A DNA stretch of 62,824 nt, filler included, from Octopus bimaculoides (GCF_001194135.2; 5 parts of 5 records of this genome joined end to end with filler, not necessarily neighbours in it), one strand, 5' to 3'. Shown: positions 38,801 through 51,188, counted from the whole stretch's first letter. Notes: generated from the letters alone by a model not told the origin. Translations and numbers: made by a program.

Positions 38801-39900
38801 GTTGTCTATCCTGAACACGAAAGAATCTGCTATGTTCTAGAAGCTGGTGATCCCTGAATAGCTGTGCATGGCGACCAGAGATGTGCTTTCTCATTTGCTA
38901 TAGTGAATTGGAATCTGCTATATTAATGCTGACTATAAGCACGAAAGAGGAATGACAGGTAAAGTTTGGTGGACTCCATGTAACCTTACGTTGGGTCATT
39001 TTCTGTTTCAGTCAGTAAATACCCAGTGCGTGTCATGCACATTTTAATCTAGGTGGGCTGCATTCCTTCACAGATTAAAACAGCTGATTTCTTCCAGAGA
39101 GAAGATGAGAGGGAGAGTGAGAGGGTAGGAAGAAGAAAAAGATCAACTGCAGTACTGAAATGGCACTTTATTTACCTATGCCGACAAGAGAGAAAGAAAG
39201 AAAAGTTAAAGTCGCAAAAAATATATACGAACTTACCGTTAACAAAAGTTGAGATGTGTGGCGTTCAGTTATTCCATATGAAAAATGCATTAAATACTAC
39301 AAAACGTAAACGTAGAACAGACACAAGGATCCAACTCCTTCCTCAGTTATCGGCCAGTAATACTAATATCCAGTTTCGTGCCTTTTACAATAAGACTGGG
39401 AACTTCGTATATCAGCACACGTAAGATTTGCGTAGAATTAGGGATCGAGCGAACAAAACAATACAGAGTGGGCGTACGAAAGTAGACAAATGTAATTTGA
39501 AACGATAGACGAAGACAATAAATAACGCCTTACGGTCAAATACAGGAATGATAGATTTAACGCCTGGAAGAAATCCTCAAATGGATATAAAAACAGAATT
39601 AGTAAGAGAGGAGAAAAAGTTGACCAACACGCTAGGAAAATAAAGACACCAGCCAGAAAAAGCAGAGAAAATAGAAAATCAGTTACGGGTCACATGTGGG
39701 TAGCAGATAGAAGAGAAGGAGGATGAGAAAGAGGCAGAGAAAGAGAGAACAAAGGAGAAAAGGGAGAGAGATGCAAAAAATATATACAAACTTAATCCAT
39801 CATTCTCGTGTTTGACCGTAAAGCTTTATTTATTTTCTTTGTCTATCGTCTCAAAAGTCGGGATGCGTGGTGGTCAGTTATTCCATAAGTGAAACATGCA

Positions 39901-39950
<50 letters not shown>

Positions 39951-40295
39951 TAAACGCATATGTATACGTACAGATACACACGGATATAAGTGTCTGTGTG
40001 TATCTTAATTGCTCCGTCTTTTCTCTCTCTCTCTGTTAGTTAAACCCTACCTTCTACCTCCGATCCGTGCTCCCACTTCACTCAGATCTATCTCTTCTTG
40101 CTACCCTCTAAATCTAAAAATAAAACCGAGATTCTCTAGACAAGTTGTTAGTGTCGCTAACAAACTTCCACCTCTTTTCAAATCGTCTTCCTCTTCTCCA
40201 TCTCCGTCTTCTGAACCTTCTAGCTCTTTTGCTTTTTGGCTTCACACCGTTCCTCTACTCTACCTTTTTTCTGTCTACCTTTCTCCTTTATGCCA

Positions 40296-40335
<40 letters not shown>

Positions 40336-41122
40336 CCCCCTNNNNNNNNNNCTCTCTCTCTCTCTCTCTCTCTCTCCCCCCCCTTTCTCTCTCTCTCACA
40401 CACACACACAATGTTACAGTTCAATGGATGCATGCATCAACCTTCTGAAATTGTCTCATTTACAAGCTCTAACAATAGACAGCTAATTGTTCCACTTGAC
40501 TTTCACACACCCACACACGTGTGCGCGCGCGCGACGTTGTGTATGTTTCGCCACACACTAAGTCACACACAAACTCACACATACATACATCCGAAAAAAA
40601 GACCAGTAACAAGTATACGCTCATAGAGAGGAAACACTATACGTCTTTAATGTTATGCGCAGACATGAGTGTACACACATAGAAATACATATACACATAT
40701 TCACATAGACGTTCACAGGTACATTCACACACAGGAAACTGCATATACATGCATGCATATATACACACATGCATACATACATCTCTACCTATTCATATAT
40801 TTGCGTATATTTGTGTATATTTGTGCATATTTATCTGTATATGCATGTACGTGTATATGTGAGTGTGTATGTATGTATACGTGTGTGCATATCCAGAGAT
40901 ATGTGTGCATATATATGCATCAGCAGATATATGTATATATTCATATATGCACATTTTAATATTTGCATATACTCACGTTTCTATGCATATAGACACACAT
41001 ACACACATACGTATAATACATACTAATCAACGCATATACCACCATAACATCCAAACAAAGTAGCAAGCATGCAAGCGCACATACATACATACGTGTGTGT
41101 ATGTGTGTGTGTGTGTGTGTGT

Positions 41123-41178
<56 letters not shown>

Positions 41179-41994
41179 GTATATATATATATGTATATAT
41201 ATGTATGTATATATATGTATATACATACATGCACGTATGTAATGTATGTATACACATGTAAGGAGATAGATTCGCGCAGATTTGCAATCACACAGAAACT
41301 TGTACATACATTTATATGTACAGACATTATCAGTTATCAAATATTCTTACTACTTTTTGCTTTGGCACTTTATTTTGTTCAAAATTGTAATGGTTTGTTT
41401 ATTTGCTGTCTATTCTTTTACATTTAACTCCACTCTCCTTAGCTAACGTTAGTGTTGTTGCTGTTGTCGTTCCAGTTAATATAATTTTGTGGACTAAAAT
41501 TTTCTGGCAGTTACTTAACTAAAACGCAGCCATTGTATAAAAACGAAGGACACAATGGAAATTTCTTATGAATTACGAGTGATTATTTTACATGCACATA
41601 CACTCTCACACACACGTAATGAAGACCAAGTTCGATTTATATTCGCTGGTACATACACTCAAACACATAATAGGAACCAATTCTCTGGTATACTAAAGAC
41701 ATACGCACACATGGACACACACATGCGCATGCGCACCCGCGTAGACACTTTTATAGTGGAATAAAATAAAGTTTAACGTAAATAACTTCATATAATCTGT
41801 GTCAGTTTCTATTAAGCAAGCCGTCTGTGAAAACTGTAATATGAAGAATATAGGGGGGACGAACGAGAGATGTGATACTTCGTCTTTTCTTTTGTTTTCG
41901 GTGGTTCTGTGGTTGATTAGTTAATTGGTTATTGAGAGGGGAAGAAAGGGAGAGAGAGAGGGGGGAGAAAGAGAAGTGAGAGAGTGAGAGATAT

Positions 41995-42029
<35 letters not shown>

Positions 42030-42087
42030 AGTGTTGGTGGAGTGAGGAGGAAAATGGCTAGGTGGCAGAATCGTTAGTACATCGAAC

Positions 42088-42258
42088 AAAATATTTAGCA
42101 GTTTTTCTTCCGGCTCTTTATCATCAGGGTTAAAATCCCGCCGAAGTCAACTTTGCCTTTCGCCTCTCCGGGATCCAAAAAAATATATATAATACTATTC
42201 AGGTACTGGGTTCAATGTGATCGACTGGACCCTTACATTCAAAGTTGTTGGCCTTGAC
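42088..42258 (+). mobile_element. SINE family A, diverged
   Basis: aaatatttagcag..gggttaaaatcccgccgaagtcaactttgcctttcgcc..gtactgggttcaatgtgatcgact..ggccttg. Confidence 0.72.
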
Positions 42259-42491
42259 TCCTGCAACGGACTGGCTTCCCTTTCAGAGGAACGTTATGAT
42301 TTCAGTGACTTATACACCATGGAAACCGGGTAACCGGCCTTATAGTTTTAGGGCTCGAGATAAGAAAAAAAAATGAGTAAAGAAGAAGACGCAAATGGAG
42401 TATTGCAATTGCGGATGTAAAACAACGAATTGAATAAAAGTTTCGAATAAGTTTGTTGAACTTCCGTATCAACGCTCGTTGGTTCACATAT

Positions 42492-42707
42492 TGGTTTCAA
42501 ATTTTGGCACCAGGTCAGCAATTTCGGAGTGGGGGAGCGCAAGCCAATTGCATCGATCCCAGTGCCTAACTGGCACTTATTAATAGACCTTGAAAGGATG
42601 AAAGGCAAAGTCGACCTCGGCGGAATTTGAACTCAGAACGTAAAGACGGGCGAAATACCGCTAAGCATTTCGCTTGGCATGCTAACCATTTTGCTAGCTC
42701 GTCACCT
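42492..42707 (-). mobile_element. SINE family A (...gtgccaaaatttgaaacc tail variant)
   Basis: ggtttcaaattttggcaccaggtcagc..gaaaggatgaaaggcaaagtcgacctcggcggaatttgaactcagaacgtaaagacgggcgaaataccgctaagcatttcgc. Confidence 0.9.
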
Positions 42708-42929
42708 TCGTTGGTTCGTATATTGTCAATGGCTTGGCGCTATGCCGTATATCCATGGTAAAACGTTGTAAAAGTGTTGAGCGTTACGTTATATTTGCCA
42801 TGCAGCAATCTCCTCTTGTAGCGAAAAAAAAAAAAGAAACCTCGTCTTCACTAGCCCAATGTTTCGTATAAGAGACAAAGGTCCTTCGTAGATGGAGTTT
42901 GTGAGAACTGAAAAATGGCGGAGGTCGCC

Positions 42930-44055
42930 AGTCCATAATATCAACCCTTTTATCACACAAAAAATCTTTGACTCTCTTCGCAGTGTGACAGGGAGCGTTG
43001 TCCTGTACGAAGATAAGAGGTTGAACTGACGAGGATCGAAAATGTGGCAGGGCATGCAGTCTAAGAATCTTCTTGTAGATTTTAGCATTCACAGCCCCTT
43101 GTAGGCGAATAAGTGGACCAGGACCAGCAGTAGAGATCACTCCACACACCATTACACTGCCACCTCCATATTTCACTGTCTCGTTCACACATGCACGGGA
43201 TAACCTTTCGCCACTTCATCAGACGTACATCCTGCCATCGGAACCAATCACATTAAACTTCGATTCATCGCTAAAATGAACCTGCGACCACTGTTCTTCT
43301 GTCCAAACAACGTGTTCGTGAGTGAAACGAAGACAGGCCCCTTGGTTCTTCTTGGAGATCAGAGGTTTCTTTGCCGGTGCCCGAACAAGCAACTCAGAAC
43401 CTTGTAACCTCCGAGAAACTGTTTTGTGTGATACGTTGACATCGGAAGTGGAGCTACACTCGCGGGATATCTCAGCAGCACTCTTAAATCTATCCATCAG
43501 TGACATTCTAACCATAGTACGATCCTGTTTTAGTGAAGTTCTACGAGGTATCCCGGCTTTGGATTTAGCATCTGTCAATCCTGATAACTTGAAACGAGTT
43601 ACAATTTGTTGCACAACACTTCTAGACATTGCTACAGTAGTTGCTATCACAGAATTTGACTTGCCCTCTTGGTGAAGACACACAATCCTTTGTTTTTTAT
43701 CACAGGACACCAGTCGTTTCTCACAAGCTGCTATGCTGACAGTTGAATGTAAGATCATAAGAAATAACTGTTAGCCCATTAACAATCTTCTAAACAACAA
43801 ATACCTTAGTTAGTAGTTCATTTTTTTCTCAGTGACCCCTTAACTTTTGGCCGCTGTAATTTGGAAGATTGTTTGTTTATTCCTTCATAACATACGAAGT
43901 ATTTATTCCATTCACTTGAAATTTTCACGAAAGATAGTTATTAGGTATATCAAAACATGTGTTAAATATCTAGTCTCAACGTGTTGTTAATCTTCTATAA
44001 TAACTATTTCAATATACTTGTACTTACTGACCGTTGTATTATGGCCGCTACTGTA
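42930..44055 (-). mobile_element. Tc1-like (DD34E type) transposon: left TIR and most of the transposase, inactivated
   Basis: KQRIVCLHQEGKS..AGIPRRTS..DRFKSAAEI..VSHKTVSRRL..KKPLISKKN..QWSQVHFSDESKF (D1), then TGA TGA in frame, then TVKYGGGSVMVCGVI..IFVQDNAPCHTAK (D2) ..DIMDW. The third residue and right TIR were not found. The left end is TA-CAGTAGCGGCC (44055 to 44043). Confidence 0.92.
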
Positions 44056-44284
44056 TATATACACGCACGTGTATATCGGATATAATGTATGCATGTATTA
44101 TATACATATATATGTAAGCGTTGATTTGTGTGTTCGATTCTGGCTTGTGTTACCTCATCATTTTTCAGTCAATTGTTTATATATAAAAGTCTCTTTCAAT
44201 CATACATACATACATACGTACGTACATAATACATACATACATACATACATATATAGTTACATACATATATATTTACATACATAC

Positions 44285-44519
44285 ATATATATTTATTTTC
44301 ATTTATGCGCCCTTTTCAAGCCTAGTCAGGCTCATGGGCCCGGTTTCCCGGTTTCTATGACGTATGTCTCCACCCACCCCCTCGCTGGACGGGACGCCAG
44401 TCCATCGCAGCGTTACTCAAGAAACAGGAAGAAAGAGTGAGAGAAAGTTGGGGCGAAAGAGTACAACAGGGGTCGTCCCCCCACCCCCACCGGAGCCTCA
44501 TGGGCTTTTAGGTGTTTTC
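44285..44519 (-). mobile_element. SINE related to family D with a different central domain (V-SINE-like)
   Basis: Reverse complement shares gaaaacacctaaa..tgtactctttc.cc.caactttctctcact..cttcctgtttct with 30995-31233, then switches to GCTGCGATGGACTGGCGTCCCGTCCAG, which from recall resembles the V-SINE domain. Confidence 0.7.
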
Positions 44520-45242
44520 NNNNNNNNNNNNNNNNNNNNNNNNNNNNNNNNNNNNNNNNNNNNNNNNNNNNNNNNNNNNNNNNNNNNNNNNNNNNNNNNN
44601 NNNNNNNNNNNNNNNNNNNNNNNNNNNNNNNNNNNNNNNNNNNNNNNNNNNNNNNNNNNNNNNNNNNNNNNNNNNNNNNNNNNNNNNNNNNNNNNNNNNN
44701 NNNNNNNNNNNNNNNNNNNNNNNNNNNNNNNNNNNNNNNNNNNNNNNNNNNNNNNNNNNNNNNNNNNNNNNNNNNNNNNNNNNNNNNNNNNNNNNNNNNN
44801 NNNNNNNNNNNNNNNNNNNNNNNNNNNNNNNNNNNNNNNNNNNNNNNNNNNNNNNNNNNNNNNNNNNNNNNNNNNNNNNNNNNNNNNNNNNNNNNNNNNN
44901 NNNNNNNNNNNNNNNNNNNNNNNNNNNNNNNNNNNNNNNNNNNNNNNNNNNNNNNNNNNNNNNNNNNNNNNNNNNNNNNNNNNNNNNNNNNNNNNNNNNN
45001 NNNNNNNNNNNNNNNNNNNNNNNNNNNNNNNNNNNNNNNNNNNNNNNNNNNNNNNNNNNNNNNNNNNNNNNNNNNNNNNNNNNNNNNNNNNNNNNNNNNN
45101 NNNNNNNNNNNNNNNNNNNNNNNNNNNNNNNNNNNNNNNNNNNNNNNNNNNNNNNNNNNNNNNNNNNNNNNNNNNNNNNNNNNNNNNNNNNNNNNNNNNN
45201 NNNNNNNNNNNNNNNNNNNNNNNNNNNNNNNNNNNNNNNNNN

Positions 45243-45276
<34 letters not shown>

Positions 45277-45279
<3 letters not shown>

Positions 45280-45631
45280 GTGGTCTGATCAATAAGTATC
45301 CGAACTGTTGTCATAGTAACGAAGTTAAAGCAAGCTTGGCGTAGATTGACCTTGAACTCTGTTGTGCATGCGCACTATGCTTCAACGTTCTTTCTCACTT
45401 CCGCGGTTTACAGCAGTGCTTGGAATGAAGGTGTGTAGTGTGTGAACGTCGCATTGACCATGACAGAAAATTCAGTCCACTATGGATGAAGATTTGGGTA
45501 TGAGAAGTATCGCCATGACAAACGGATGCACAGCAGAGTTTAAGGTCAACCTGTGCCAAGCGACTTTACTCTACGTGCTTTAGCTTCGTTACTATATCAA
45601 CAGTCCGAATACTTTTTGATCAGACCTCGTA
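45277..45631. mobile_element. mariner-derived MITE / deletion derivative
   Basis: TA-flanked TIRs TACGTGGTCTGATCAATAAGTATCCGAACTGTTG / (rc) TACGAGGTCTGATCAAAAAGTATTCGGACTGTTG. The inverted similarity extends about 100 bp inward. Confidence 0.9.
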
Positions 45632-46271
45632 CGATATTATTTAATTTGATAAGCAGTGATCTGAACACAATACATAAAATGAAATATTTTCTGCTGTTAT
45701 CCTATGCCTTAACGAATCAATGTTTTTTAGGAGTCAATATAACAGACTGTTGACTTTTGGGTTATGAGTTCACATCAGATCTCGGGAGTTGAAATTATTT
45801 ATGATAGACTAAATCTTGCATCACTAGCATAAGCTATTCCACCACCATTACTTCCCGATATATCTTATTTCAAAGAACCAATTAGGTCCACACAACAGTT
45901 TTTGTCATCTTTTGTTAAATCAAGTGTTTGCTTTGATATATTTGAAGCTATTGAATCTAAGAAGTTACCATTTCTTTTGTGTCGTTGATTAACTAAGCGC
46001 AATAAAATGAAAATAATTTTTTTCAATTGGTACTTCATTAAGAAGTTCAGAAATATGTTAGCTGAGTTACGAATTATATGGAAAAGGATATCGGTTATAA
46101 GCAAAACAAAACGATATCAGTTACACAGAAAATGATGTCAGTTACACAGAAAACGATATCAGATGAGAAACGCAACGAAATTAAATATTAAAATATACAC
46201 ATACAAAAGAAATACCTTTGGAGACATAATTGTATAGCAATACGGTTTACTTTAGCTGATATTGGTGATAT

Positions 46272-46682
46272 TAACGGTTCAGAATTTAGGAAATTTCGAG
46301 GGGAGGGTCTTAGTCGAAACTATTGACTCCATTACATTGACTAGTACTCGTGTTATCGTCCCGGCACGGATGAAAGGTAAAGCTGACCCGGATAGAATTT
46401 GAACTAAGCATAAAAACCCAGAAGAAATCCGCAAAGCATTTCTTCCGATGCTTTAATGATTTTGCCAGTTCGTCAATGACAATAATTGTTTCAAATTTTG
46501 GCGCAAGGCCAGCAATTTTGTGGGGAAAGTGTCAGTTGATTACATCAACCTATTACATGACTAGTATTTTATGTTATCTACCACCGAAGGATGAAAATTA
46601 AAGTTGACCTCGTCGGGATTTGAACTCAAAACCTATAAAAGTGCCGCTAAGCAATTTGTTCAACGTGTGAACGATTCTTCCA
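46272..46682 (-). mobile_element. Two tandem diverged SINE family A copies
   Basis: Two ...atgaaa.gtaaag.tgacc..gatttgaact..aa..aaa..ccgc.aagca.tt units. The second has the ...ttcaaattttggcgcaaggccagc tail. Confidence 0.82.
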
Positions 46683-47403
46683 TTGGTGATAATAGTTCAG
46701 CCCTGTAAAGCGAAGAAACATTCTCTTGGGTCAGGGTGTTGGATTCGTGATCATAAGATCGTGGGTTTGATTCCATGATCATGCGTCTCGTAGTGTTTTT
46801 GCTTGAGCAAGGTGGTTAACTCCCAATTACTCTAGTTTTTTTATGGTAAAAGACACTTGCCCAAGATGTCACGTCATGGAATCGAACTTAAAATCCCTGT
46901 GGTTTCTAACCAAATTTTATAACCCTTCAACAATACATACGTTATGACAACTAAACTTACTGACGTACAGAAAATCCACTCATCCAATCCAGGACTGCTT
47001 TATCAAGTACTATACAGAAACATTCTATTTCTTACTAACGAGGTCAAATTAAATCATGTCCTGTGTTATTTCCGGTACTTGTCGACAAAAAACAAGACAT
47101 TGGTAACTGACAATAGTCTCTCACCTCCTAATATCTCTAGTTATTGCTACCCTATATTAAATATACTAGCACTAATATGCTAACAGAATGAAATATTTTA
47201 CTACATTCTCTCGAGAAGAACTTAAATGTTACAACTTCAAATGCATTATTGCCACTCTACAATCGTAAAATACTCTACAATTCTATATAATTTTATATTA
47301 GTTTATGAACTTGTAAATGGAAAAGGGAGTACGCGATACAAAGATACAGTTCGTTTATATATGTGCGTGTCTATGTGTGTGTATATGTGGATATGTACAT
47401 GTC

Positions 47404-47481
<78 letters not shown>

Positions 47482-47535
47482 TATGTATGTATATATATAT
47501 GTATATGTATGTATGTGTGTATATATATATATATA

Positions 47536-47635
47536 NNNNNNNNNNNNNNNNNNNNNNNNNNNNNNNNNNNNNNNNNNNNTTAATTAATTAANNNNNNNNN
47601 NNNNNNNNNNNNNNNNNNNNNNNNNNNNNNNNNNN
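47536..47635. other. Synthetic scaffold-join linker
   Basis: 44 N + TTAATTAATTAA + 44 N. Confidence 0.95.
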
Positions 47636-47645
47636 ACAGATATAC

Positions 47646-47687
<42 letters not shown>

Positions 47688-48340
47688 AATGTACAGATAT
47701 ACATAATATATATATATATATATATTTATAAATGTACAGATATACATAATATATATATATATATTTATAAATTGAGGATATAATCATTAAAATGATTATA
47801 TCTGTGGCTAGCTTAATATAGTGGCTATACTAGTGTCGTATCTTCATTATAACTTTGCAGAACCATGTGAAGCTAAATCAATATATTGAGTACGGTAGCA
47901 AAGAATGGTGAAGTTTCAATCCTACCTTCTCCCGTACATATCAGTCCATAACATACCGAAATATACCATCTCATCTCATCCCATCCCATTCTTAAGTAAG
48001 TAATTATTTCATGGCATGTTATATAGTTATGCCAACAGACGAGGCATGAATTGTCACAACAATGAACCACACATTCGCACACAGATGCACACACACACAC
48101 ATGTGTACCAAGCGTTCTCCATGCAATAAAACAGATTATATGTAGCAATGTGAAGCCGTGCCAAGCAATTGTGAAAGTGAAAGTAGAAATTTAAAGGAAA
48201 AAAAAAACGAACAACAAAAACACACACTAGAAAACAACAATAAAAGACCAAGAAAGATTTTAAAATAAACAAAGAAAAAAAAATCAAAAAGAAAATACAG
48301 TTGGGAAGGACACACGGATAAATACAGATATATATGTGTA

Positions 48341-48379
<39 letters not shown>

Positions 48380-48401
48380 GCACACACATAAATATATATA
48401 A

Positions 48402-48432
<31 letters not shown>

Positions 48433-48586
48433 CGTATCAAATAAATATATATATTGTTAAATAAATGAAAAAATATAATGGAAATGAGATAATTAGAAAT
48501 TAACAGTGATCAATTAATTAATAGATAGAAAGACAATTTGCAACAAAGAAAAAAATAAGTATTTTGATTAAATATATTGATTATTA

Positions 48587-48628
<42 letters not shown>

Positions 48629-49360
48629 CTTTTTGTTTTTGATTATTTTTTTTTCAAAATGTTGGATAAAGATTTAAAAAAAATATATAACTGAACGATT
48701 AAATGAGAGAGGGCGAAGGAAGGAAGGAAGGAGAGAATAAATGAGAGAGAGAGAGAGAGAAAGAAATGAGACAGTGAAAGAAAGGCTATGAGAAAGACAT
48801 ATAAATAAAGAAATAAATGAAAGAAAAACATGTAGAAAAGATAAGAAAATGGAAATGAAAACATTAAAAAGAAATAACAACAAAAATTGATCAAGGAAAG
48901 AAGAAAAGCCTTAGTGCCACCACCAACACTGCCACCAAGACTTGATGTAATCGATCTCTGATGAACATCTAATTAGACTTGAAACCAGTTAGGTTCAGCC
49001 AGGACTATGTCAGCAGCATTGCAATTAACCCAAGCCCATCCACCCTGGGGCAGAGCAACACAATAGCAGACTCCCTTTGCAAATAATGACCACAGCATGC
49101 ATATACTACCACTGGGTCCCTAGAATCATGGGGCCAAGCCCCCACCATTCTGGGGTAACCTGTTCAGGCTATATTATTAGCATTATCCTGCGTTTGAGAA
49201 TTTAAAAATCACTTCTTTAACTTTCTAAGACATCTCAACGCTTCTAAAAGCAAACTTTGTTTGTTTGTTTATGTTCGTCGTAATTTGAATTTAACATATG
49301 ATAGTGTCTCATAAACCGAGATTTCTATACATCTTAAATTTGCAGAAAAACTTGTGGCTG

Positions 49361-49436
49361 GGCAGTTTAGCTCAAATGGTCGAGAGCACCGCGACACGTA
49401 ATCACGGAGGTGTGAGTTCGAGTCTCATGGCTGGCT
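49361..49436 (+). tRNA. tRNA-like gene, probably a pseudogene or tRNA-derived element; anticodon CGT (Thr) with a non-canonical loop
   Basis: Cloverleaf read by eye: acceptor GGCAGTT/GGCTGGC (2 GU, 1 mismatch), D-stem GCTC/GAGC, 6-bp anticodon stem CCGCGA/TCACGG (1 mismatch) with loop CA-CGT-AA (A at the U33 position), and T-stem GTGAG/CTCAT with loop TTCGAGT. A box TAGCTCAAATGG, B box GTTCGAGTC, and TTTTT at 49445-49449. Confidence 0.6.
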
Positions 49437-49504
49437 GCCCACACTTTTTCCTGCAAAATAGGGGCAGTTTATCCTGTTCAGGCTATATCTCTCATAATTC
49501 CTTG

Positions 49505-49822
49505 TCTTGTGAGTTACTTGGTTACCCTGCTAGTGCTGGTGCCACATTAACAGCATCCAGTCTACACTGATAGATGGTTGGTATCTGCAAGAGAATCCAG
49601 CTGTAAAAATCTTGTCAAAAATAACCTCGCCTGTCCTAGTGCCACGTAAAAAGCACTGAGTCCACTCTGCCGAGTGGTTGGTGTTCGAAAGGGCATCTAG
49701 CGGTAGAAACTCTGCCAGATCAGATTGAAGTCTGGTGTAACCACCTGGTTCACCAGTCCCCAGTCAAATCGTCCAACCCATGCTAGCATGGAAAGCAGAC
49801 GTTAAACGACGATGATGATGAT
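49505..49822 (+). mobile_element. SINE/LINE 3' portion with duplicated internal unit and RTE-like tail
   Basis: Two copies of gtgccac.t.aa.agca..cagt..acact...gatggttggt.t..g.aag.g.atc.agc.gta.aaa, then gtccaacccatgctagcatggaaagcagacgttaaacgac(gat)n. The RTE-type 3' end is from recall. Confidence 0.7.
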
Positions 49823-49829
49823 GAAATAT

Positions 49830-49862
<33 letters not shown>

Positions 49863-50722
49863 NNNNNNNNNNNNNNNNNNNNNNNNNNNNNNNNNNNNNN
49901 NNNNNNNNNNNNNNNNNNNNNNNNNNNNNNNNNNNNNNNNNNNNNNNNNNNNNNNNNNNNNNNNNNNNNNNNNNNNNNNNNNNNNNNNNNNNNNNNNNNN
50001 NNNNNNNNNNNNNNNNNNNNNNNNNNNNNNNNNNNNNNNNNNNNNNNNNNNNNNNNNNNNNNNNNNNNNNNNNNNNNNNNNNNNNNNNNNNNNNNNNNNN
50101 NNNNNNNNNNNNNNNNNNNNNNNNNNNNNNNNNNNNNNNNNNNNNNNNNNNNNNNNNNNNNNNNNNNNNNNNNNNNNNNNNNNNNNNNNNNNNNNNNNNN
50201 NNNNNNNNNNNNNNNNNNNNNNNNNNNNNNNNNNNNNNNNNNNNNNNNNNNNNNNNNNNNNNNNNNNNNNNNNNNNNNNNNNNNNNNNNNNNNNNNNNNN
50301 NNNNNNNNNNNNNNNNNNNNNNNNNNNNNNNNNNNNNNNNNNNNNNNNNNNNNNNNNNNNNNNNNNNNNNNNNNNNNNNNNNNNNNNNNNNNNNNNNNNN
50401 NNNNNNNNNNNNNNNNNNNNNNNNNNNNNNNNNNNNNNNNNNNNNNNNNNNNNNNNNNNNNNNNNNNNNNNNNNNNNNNNNNNNNNNNNNNNNNNNNNNN
50501 NNNNNNNNNNNNNNNNNNNNNNNNNNNNNNNNNNNNNNNNNNNNNNNNNNNNNNNNNNNNNNNNNNNNNNNNNNNNNNNNNNNNNNNNNNNNNNNNNNNN
50601 NNNNNNNNNNNNNNNNNNNNNNNNNNNNNNNNNNNNNNNNNNNNNNNNNNNNNNNNNNNNNNNNNNNNNNNNNNNNNNNNNNNNNNNNNNNNNNNNNNNN
50701 NNNNNNNNNNNNNNNNNNNNNN

Positions 50723-50760
<38 letters not shown>

Positions 50761-50914
50761 GTGTGTATATATATATGTATGAGTATGTATACACAATATA
50801 GATATGTGTGTGTGTATATATAATATATATATACATATATATATATACACACACACACAAGTATATATGTATATATTCATGCATATATATTATATATCTA
50901 TATCTATATATCTA

Positions 50915-50947
<33 letters not shown>

Positions 50948-50997
50948 GCACATACCTATGTATATATTTATAAATATAGTTATATACATGAATGCAT

Positions 50998-51073
<76 letters not shown>

Positions 51074-51188
51074 CCATAACATACATGTTTATACATATAT
51101 AAGCATATATATATATATACAAATATATATATATATATATATATACGTATGCATACATTAATAATTATAAATAGACACAAATGTGTGC

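Noticed and set aside
45720-46110. AT-rich minus-strand ORF 45865-46104 as a transposase or RT relic
   Set aside because: It has no recognisable motif; it may be an old TE but I cannot assign it.
49361-49436. Functional tRNA-Thr(CGT) or tRNA-Sec
   Set aside because: It has A instead of U33, a mismatch in both the acceptor and anticodon stems, and no long variable arm or UCA anticodon. It is kept only as tRNA-like.
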